DNA of 64,000 nt from a virus: IMG/VR virus record IMGVR_UViG_3300046616_000188; one strand, 5' to 3'. Both the position numbers and the translations under genes were made by a program. How positions within the stretch are numbered: position 1 is the stretch's first letter; each line of letters begins with the position of its first letter. Positions 58,011 to 64,000 of this stretch are shown here, one piece after another. The notes under the pieces are model-generated. The model had not been told where the DNA came from. It searched no databases and saw only the letters and a program-made list of their open reading frames with translations.

Positions 58011-58941
58011 CGCCAGCAGCGATGAGATCGCTGATCAGCTGATCTTTTGACTCGTAGCCCAATGTTGAAAACGTTTTATCTTGATCATGATCGATGATTT
58101 CAGCGGTAAAGCCGTGGAATTCTCCATCATCTTCGTTGAAATCAATCATCACGCTAACATCTTCGATGACGCAGTCAATTTCTCGGAACGCTTCTTCAAG
58201 TTCGTCAAGGTTAGCAGGCTTAGGCTCACCAAAGGTATTATACTTCATTCATCATTCTCCTCTTTCTCATTCAACTCATCAATCGCGTCTTGTACCGTGT
58301 CCATGGAATTATATTCCCCCTCCAAATATTCCCTAATAAATGGTTTGTACCACGTTTTGCACATAATCATGTATCGACGTGGCGCGACGACATGAATCAA
58401 ATATTTTACCATGATACGTGAAAAACGTAATGCCCTTCTTCGATCCAGCCCATGTTAGCGGCATGCCTCAGAATCAATTTGTAATTCGACTCTAGGCTAA
58501 AATAACCAGAGTTGAGAAACATATTCAAAACGGGAATATATTGACGTTCTATCGGCCCCTTCTTGACCTCGACGTAGTAATCTCGACCGTTTTCCGAATC
58601 TATGATTGCGACGGAGTTTCCAATTTTACTAGACAGATAAAGAGCTAGTTCAAACGCATCAACATAATAGGTAGCTCGTGTCTCCCAATTAAGTTCAGCC
58701 ATTAAGATTCCTCTTCCTTTTGAAAATCAAAATCCATGGCAGAGAGAAAGCCCTCTTCCCATTCCTGATATTCGATCTGTGACTTTTTGTAAGGATTATC
58801 AGTCACATCCGATCCGTAATGATAGGCATCATATCCTGATTCGTAGGCCTTATCCACTTCCATTTTCCTCCTGTTCTTCTCCTTCAACCGAAACAATTTG
58901 CTTATTTTTAGCAAAGTATCTGACACCGTTCGACAAATCAA
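57982..58941 (-). other. Small hypothetical genes (57982-58248, 58406-58702, about 58702-58863)
   Basis: Co-oriented ORFs. Confidence 0.55.
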
Positions 58942-59018
58942 TGATTATTCCGTCTGGATAACGCTTGAACAGGACGCCGTGATATTGGTGCCGTTCATAA
59001 GCGTCCCAAACGATTGCT

Positions 59019-59438
59019 TCAGCCACTGACTATCTCCTTCACAACTTTCGACGCCGTTTTGCCGTCATATGTGCCAGCGTAATTATCCTTAAGATACTTC
59101 ATCATGGCACCCATGTTCTTATCTGTACCACTTTGCGTGATAATGTCAAGGATTTCCTGCTCCGTGAGTTGCTTCGGCAGGAAAGATTCGATGATTTCTT
59201 TCTCCTTAAGCGATTTAGCACTATCTGGAACGATGTTCAAAAATTCCACGGTCTTCTTTTCAAAAGACTTTAAAACTTTAACAACGTCTTCCTCTGTCAC
59301 GACCTTCATCCCGTCAACCATCTTAGCGTTAGATTCGATTTCGCCAATGATGGTGGAAAGAAACGCGGCTGTTTCAGTGTCGCGGGCCTTGCGACGGTCC
59401 AAAAATTCGATACGAAGTTTGGTCAATGTCTCGCTCAT
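59019..59438 (-). CDS. yqeY: GatB/YqeY domain protein
   Basis: K.RD......L..I.GEI...EEDV..VL....KK...E..I.ESFLPKQLTE.EI...MG..M..L...Y.G..DGK. Confidence 0.85.
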   Translation of the reverse strand: MSETLTKLRIEFLDRRKARDTETAAFLSTIIGEIESNAKMVDGMKVVTEEDVVKVLKSFEKKTVEFLNIVPDSAKSLKEKEIIESFLPKQLTEQEILDIITQSGTDKNMGAMMKYLKDNYAGTYDGKTASKVVKEIVSG

Positions 59439-59842
59439 GATTCGTCCTTCCTAATTGTGTTTAAGTCTTTTAGATATTCGATAGCTAACCTCATTTTCTT
59501 TTGGTAGTCATAGGTTCTGTCGAAATCTTGATAAATATCCGGCTCAGAACCAGCATCGAAACCGAAAACGGCCCGCCACGTGTCTTCCAAGTCATTGATT
59601 GCGGTTTCTAAAGTCATTTTGTCATTACCCATAACGTTGCGCCAGCTTCTTAATGATCCAGAACACGCCGGTAAATGGCCCAAGCATGGCACACATAAAA
59701 GCGGGCATTATATAAAACAAGATGATTGCTGGACCTTCGGCGTGATGTGACGGCTCACCAACAAGCCAGAAGAAAATACCCATACCACTGCCACACCAAA
59801 AGACTAGCACAAAACTTAGAAAAATTTGGTACAAAAAATCCA

Positions 59843-60589
59843 TCATTTCAAATCCTCTCCATTTATGGGCTGGCACGACGCGCTCAGCAGATGTGGGTAG
59901 ATTTCCCAATTCCGCATCAAAAGCTTCAGCCTGAAACCGTATGACGTGGTTCGGCACTGGTTAAGGCCGGGAGGCACCGTAGCGCTTACGTAATCACTAT
60001 AGAACAGACCGTGGCCGTGCATCAAGCTCCACAAGTGATTGAAAGCAGTGCTCTCGACGCGGAAGTATATGCTATCCTCTTCGTCAAGCGGGAGACGTGT
60101 CGCGCCTTGGATCGAATGGACATTATTTTCAGAATCAATTTCCTGAGAATTGTGTAAATAAATAATTTCATCCACTTTAGCCGTGAGGGCGTAACTAGTC
60201 ACTTCACCGACGAACACCAACGAAGGCATTAGCAAGAACCAGAGAAAAACCACTGTGGCGGTTAGGAAAGCCCCGCCCCTCACTTTTGAGAAGCGAAGAT
60301 TCTCAAACTCATCACGTCGGTACACGACAAGGCTCCAAAGGCGTCTGTAACCGCCAAAGAGCTTCCAGAACGGCCATCGCACAACTTTCCATGTCGGAAT
60401 ACCAACATTGACAAAGCTCCACTGTGACGCTGCTATGACCTGAAGAATGAACCTGTGGAACATGGTAACATCTTCAGACATACGCGTGACGCGGGACTCG
60501 GATTTGACTTTGGCCCTGTCACGTTCGATTTTTTCTTGGACCTCGCGGGCCTGTTTAATTTTCTTTAAAAGATCATCTTCCATATCCAT
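59843..60589 (-). CDS. Membrane protein with weakly DUF1523-like C-terminus
   Basis: TM GGAFLTATVVFLWFLLMPSLVFV; YGFRL......IYPHLLS. Confidence 0.55.
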   Translation of the reverse strand: MDMEDDLLKKIKQAREVQEKIERDRAKVKSESRVTRMSEDVTMFHRFILQVIAASQWSFVNVGIPTWKVVRWPFWKLFGGYRRLWSLVVYRRDEFENLRFSKVRGGAFLTATVVFLWFLLMPSLVFVGEVTSYALTAKVDEIIYLHNSQEIDSENNVHSIQGATRLPLDEEDSIYFRVESTAFNHLWSLMHGHGLFYSDYVSATVPPGLNQCRTTSYGFRLKLLMRNWEIYPHLLSASCQPINGEDLK

Positions 60590-62580
60590 TACTCCACAAA
60601 AAACTGTTTCAGAGAAGGATTGTATTTAATCTGCACCGTCCCGGTAAATCCGTCTAGGACACGATCAGCTAGGATAGGCTCAAGGTTTGCAGTGATATAA
60701 CCGGGAAGGCCGCGAGCACCCGTTCTAGGATCATAGACCGCAGCGACGAAAGACTTTATTTCTTCCTGAGACATTGTGACATTTAGACCGTTATCGTGAT
60801 ACGCTTCATCTAGCGTGATCATTTCACGAGTCACGATTTTCTCAATTGAGTCAAGGCCTAGGCTCTTGAAGAACACGATGTTTTCACGACCTGCGAAACG
60901 ATTAAGAAATTCTGGACGATACGTAGCTATCAAATCTTCCATCGCGAGAGCTTCAGCCTCTTCGAAGGAAATATCGTTACGAAGGAAATGAGGCTGGCCA
61001 ATATTCGAAGTGAATATTAGAATCGTATCGTTGAAGGAAACTTCACGACCAACGTTATCAGTCAATCGGCTATCGCTTAGGATCGATAGGAAAATATCGT
61101 AGATGGATTCATGGGCCTTTTCGATTTCATCGAACAGGATAACCCTATTCCGATTCTTCAGCATCATATTTGTAAGAATACCACCAGCCTCATACCCTTC
61201 ATAGCCGGGAGGCGCACCACACAGCAAAGCCGTGGCGTGCTTTTCCTTATATTGGGCCATATCGAACCGTGTCAAAGCCTTGTCGCTGCCTAGAAGCTCC
61301 CAAGCCAGACCTTTAGCGATTTCAGTTTTACCTACACCGCTCGGCCCTAGGAACATCATAGCAGCCTGTGGCTGATCCTTCTTTCTCTTAATGACGCGAG
61401 CCGTCTTAACCGCGTTTGCCAAACGCTTCGTAGCATTAGGCTGCCCAAATACTCGACCGTTCAATGCGTCTTCCAAGTTTCTAAGCTTTTCACGCTCGTC
61501 TTGGTTAAGTGTATCGAGTGAAATGCCGCTAATTTTAGAAAATTCAGCTTCAACCAGTTCTTTGGTCAATACCAATCCGGCATTAACCACAGCGGTCGTT
61601 TCGTTAAAAGCCTTGCGATTTTCAGCTACAAGTTCTTTATACTTTTGAATCTTTGATTTGTTTTCAATAACGGTTTGCGGCTCCATAAGTTTGAAGTCGC
61701 TGTTTTCCTTACGCTTTGCCTGTTCTTCCAGAATAACTTCGTTTTGTTCTTCCAGTTCAGCAATGGCAATTTCACCGTCTCTCTGGTTACGGTAAAAATC
61801 CCTAAGCTTGACCGAAACTTCTTCTGGAATTTCTCTGTGCGCCGCGAGACGATAAGACGCAAGGGCACGATCAAGAAGCGTAGCGCTGCGCTCAGGCTGA
61901 GCACGGCTAAGACCCGGATCGTTGACTCGGTATTTATTTGTCAGTTCGATGGCCTTGGCCACCGCGTCATCATCGATCTTAATTCCATGATGAAGCGACA
62001 GGCCTAAAGCACCTTGGGAGACAATGTTTGACAAAACATCGTGTTCCGGCTCAAGGACATGCAGCAACGTGAAGTGTTCTCGTACATCGCTATGCATTTT
62101 CAGCACAAGATCAAGGTCATCGTCACGTGTTTCAAAAATGACTTGGTTCAATCCATTCTTGACCGTTGCCATAAGATCGTTGATGAAATGAGTGCTGCCG
62201 CTGTTGCGGCACGCCTCGATAAAGTCGCGAGTGTCTTCGATCATCAGAACCGAGTCTGGCGTAGCTTCGAGTCGATCAGTGATCTTTTTGAAATTTTTAT
62301 TAAGTTCAGATGTATCACCGTTAGAGAACAGACCATCAACATCGAGCCAAAACAGCTTCTTCGCTACGATATCGAACGGCGCGTCAACTTTCGCCTTGAG
62401 CGCCTGTAGTCCGTGAAGGATGGATGTGACACCAACACCACCGGCCCCTACCAGAATAACGGAATTTGCCTCTTTGCGCATGAGAATCGAGCTTAACCGC
62501 TCAAGATAATCATCGCGACCCACAAGCTTGAAATTGGGATTTGCACTGAGATAGACCGAACCGCGAATCAGATGATCCAA
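60589..62580 (-). CDS. ClpA/ClpB-family AAA+ ATPase lacking the N-domain, NBD1 degenerate
   Basis: NBD2 GPSGVGKT, GAPPGYEGY, LFDEIEKAH, DN.GR.VSF, GARGL intact; NBD1 GAGGVGVT / MIED. Confidence 0.9.
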   Translation of the reverse strand: MDHLIRGSVYLSANPNFKLVGRDDYLERLSSILMRKEANSVILVGAGGVGVTSILHGLQALKAKVDAPFDIVAKKLFWLDVDGLFSNGDTSELNKNFKKITDRLEATPDSVLMIEDTRDFIEACRNSGSTHFINDLMATVKNGLNQVIFETRDDDLDLVLKMHSDVREHFTLLHVLEPEHDVLSNIVSQGALGLSLHHGIKIDDDAVAKAIELTNKYRVNDPGLSRAQPERSATLLDRALASYRLAAHREIPEEVSVKLRDFYRNQRDGEIAIAELEEQNEVILEEQAKRKENSDFKLMEPQTVIENKSKIQKYKELVAENRKAFNETTAVVNAGLVLTKELVEAEFSKISGISLDTLNQDEREKLRNLEDALNGRVFGQPNATKRLANAVKTARVIKRKKDQPQAAMMFLGPSGVGKTEIAKGLAWELLGSDKALTRFDMAQYKEKHATALLCGAPPGYEGYEAGGILTNMMLKNRNRVILFDEIEKAHESIYDIFLSILSDSRLTDNVGREVSFNDTILIFTSNIGQPHFLRNDISFEEAEALAMEDLIATYRPEFLNRFAGRENIVFFKSLGLDSIEKIVTREMITLDEAYHDNGLNVTMSQEEIKSFVAAVYDPRTGARGLPGYITANLEPILADRVLDGFTGTVQIKYNPSLKQFFVE

Positions 62581-62651
62581 AACTTTTCTCCTTTGATATG
62601 AATAAGGCGCTATTTAAAGCGCCTTAAGTTACTTTGTCAAGCGTTTTAAGA

Positions 62652-63998
62652 TTAAATCTTGAACGGGTTGTTACCACTCGGCGTCACTACAGGCGTCCCG
62701 GCTTGTTCAGCAGCAGAATTTGCTTCTGAGTAAATCGCGCCTTGAGTTTTAAGATCATCTTGGAGCGAGGTAGCAATTTCCTTGAGTTGATCAAGACCGG
62801 CACGCATTTCAGCGACACTTTCACGTGTCACGTCAGTTGCGGCGCGAGTGACTTCCCCATAAGCTGCAAGGTCTTCCATGGCCTTCTGAATGTCGCTATT
62901 GATTTGCGTAGTTCCGAAAGCCACTCTCATAGACTCCTTCATCGCGATTTCATTCGTTTTATCATTCATCGATAGAATGGTTTCGCGAGCGATTTCACTA
63001 GATTCTCCGATAGCTGCGGCACCTACGGCCTGAAGCATGACGCTTAGACGATCCGCCGTACCAGCCACACCAGCCGTTGCCAGCTTCTGAACCTTATCCA
63101 TTTGGTTCTTATTGCTGTCCTTCATCGTTTTGATACGTGAAGACTGGCTGCTAAGATCGGCGTAAGTCAGTTCGGTATCAGCCGCGCTAGCAGCTAGCAT
63201 TGAGGTATGCTCATCAATGGTGCGAATCACATCGTCACGCTGCATCTTAGCGATCATGGATTCACCTTCGATGGACTTGACAACATCGTTACGCTTAGCG
63301 ACAATTTCGCCTTCAGCTTCTTTCATACCTTCACCAAGAATTGCATAAGCCGTGATCATGGTGTGATTAGCGTCAGTGAGATTGTCGATCTGACCGTTCA
63401 GGCCAGTGAGATGGCCCTTGATATCGTTAATACTGGTCTTAGAGGTTTTAACAAATTCAAGAGCTTTATCGACCGTCTTCTTCTGATTTTCCTTGTGCTG
63501 ATCCGAAGCAAGATCAAGCATCTTTCGGATCGTCTTCTTAGCCTCAACGTATTCCGCCGCACCCTCTTCAGCAGCGGCAGAAGTTGAAGTAAGGGTTTCA
63601 AGTTTTACCTGAAGATCGCTAAGCTCAGCCTTGGCCTTCTCAATTTCCATGTTGTTCACATTGATTTGCTGTTGCGCCTCTTTCTTGATCCCGCCAAAAC
63701 CAAATAGAGACTTTTCTTCCGCGAGGTTGGCATTGTCGTAGTTCAAATTGTCGATGCGAAGCTGTGCCGTCTTGAACGCGGATTCAATTTCTGCTCTCTG
63801 TGCATTCAAAGCCTCTTCGTTGCGCCGGTCGTTGCGAATATCGGAGAAGACATCAGCTGTCTTACCCTCTTTGCGTACCGTATTCATAGCGTCAACGATG
63901 TCTAGAATAGGCTGAAGCGCCTCGTTGAATTCCAGCATCCCGTTGTTCATGCTGGTATAAACTTGCTGGAGCCGAGCCATCGTGTCAGTATCGGTCAA
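62652..63998 (-). CDS. Long coiled-coil protein (TelA-like, tentative)
   Basis: 448 aa helical; KSLFGFGGIKK; start lies at the window edge. Confidence 0.6.
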   Translation of the reverse strand: MTDTDTMARLQQVYTSMNNGMLEFNEALQPILDIVDAMNTVRKEGKTADVFSDIRNDRRNEEALNAQRAEIESAFKTAQLRIDNLNYDNANLAEEKSLFGFGGIKKEAQQQINVNNMEIEKAKAELSDLQVKLETLTSTSAAAEEGAAEYVEAKKTIRKMLDLASDQHKENQKKTVDKALEFVKTSKTSINDIKGHLTGLNGQIDNLTDANHTMITAYAILGEGMKEAEGEIVAKRNDVVKSIEGESMIAKMQRDDVIRTIDEHTSMLAASAADTELTYADLSSQSSRIKTMKDSNKNQMDKVQKLATAGVAGTADRLSVMLQAVGAAAIGESSEIARETILSMNDKTNEIAMKESMRVAFGTTQINSDIQKAMEDLAAYGEVTRAATDVTRESVAEMRAGLDQLKEIATSLQDDLKTQGAIYSEANSAAEQAGTPVVTPSGNNPFKI

Positions 63999-64000
63999 AG

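Overview
This 64-kb window comes from a large tailed dsDNA phage. The host is probably alphaproteobacterial, inferred from the CAT tRNA type and promoter style and not proven. Layout: (i) 1-2.2 kb, an SGNH-type hydrolase fragment, a trypsin-like serine protease and an HNH-AP2 endonuclease; (ii) about 2.3-17 kb, about 40 small minus-strand early or host-takeover-like genes built from repeated palindromic sigma70 promoters, stereotyped ribosome-binding cassettes and repeated RNase III-like stems; (iii) 17.4-24 kb, a plus-strand block with 3 canonical tRNAs, a D-arm-less tRNA-like RNA, an ORF-free stretch of about 830 nt (interrupted by tRNA-Lys) with several closed RNA-like domains, and a 672-aa/133-aa gene pair; (iv) 24-31.5 kb, terminase large and small subunits, a RuvC-like resolvase, a degenerate HNH and a NadE-like protein; (v) an intergenic region of nested inverted repeats followed by two plus-strand pentapeptide-repeat genes; (vi) 33.8-64 kb, a long minus-strand accessory array (HNH, HD hydrolase, HTH proteins, cupin, MTase, nucleotidyltransferase-like protein with small Cys-tailed peptides, YqeY, and a Clp ATPase with degenerate NBD1), punctuated by a uniform TTGAC(A/T)-N13-GATG-TAA(G/T)AA promoter class. 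All family calls come from motif recognition by eye; no database searches or folding programs were run. No CRISPR array, rRNA or integrase was seen.
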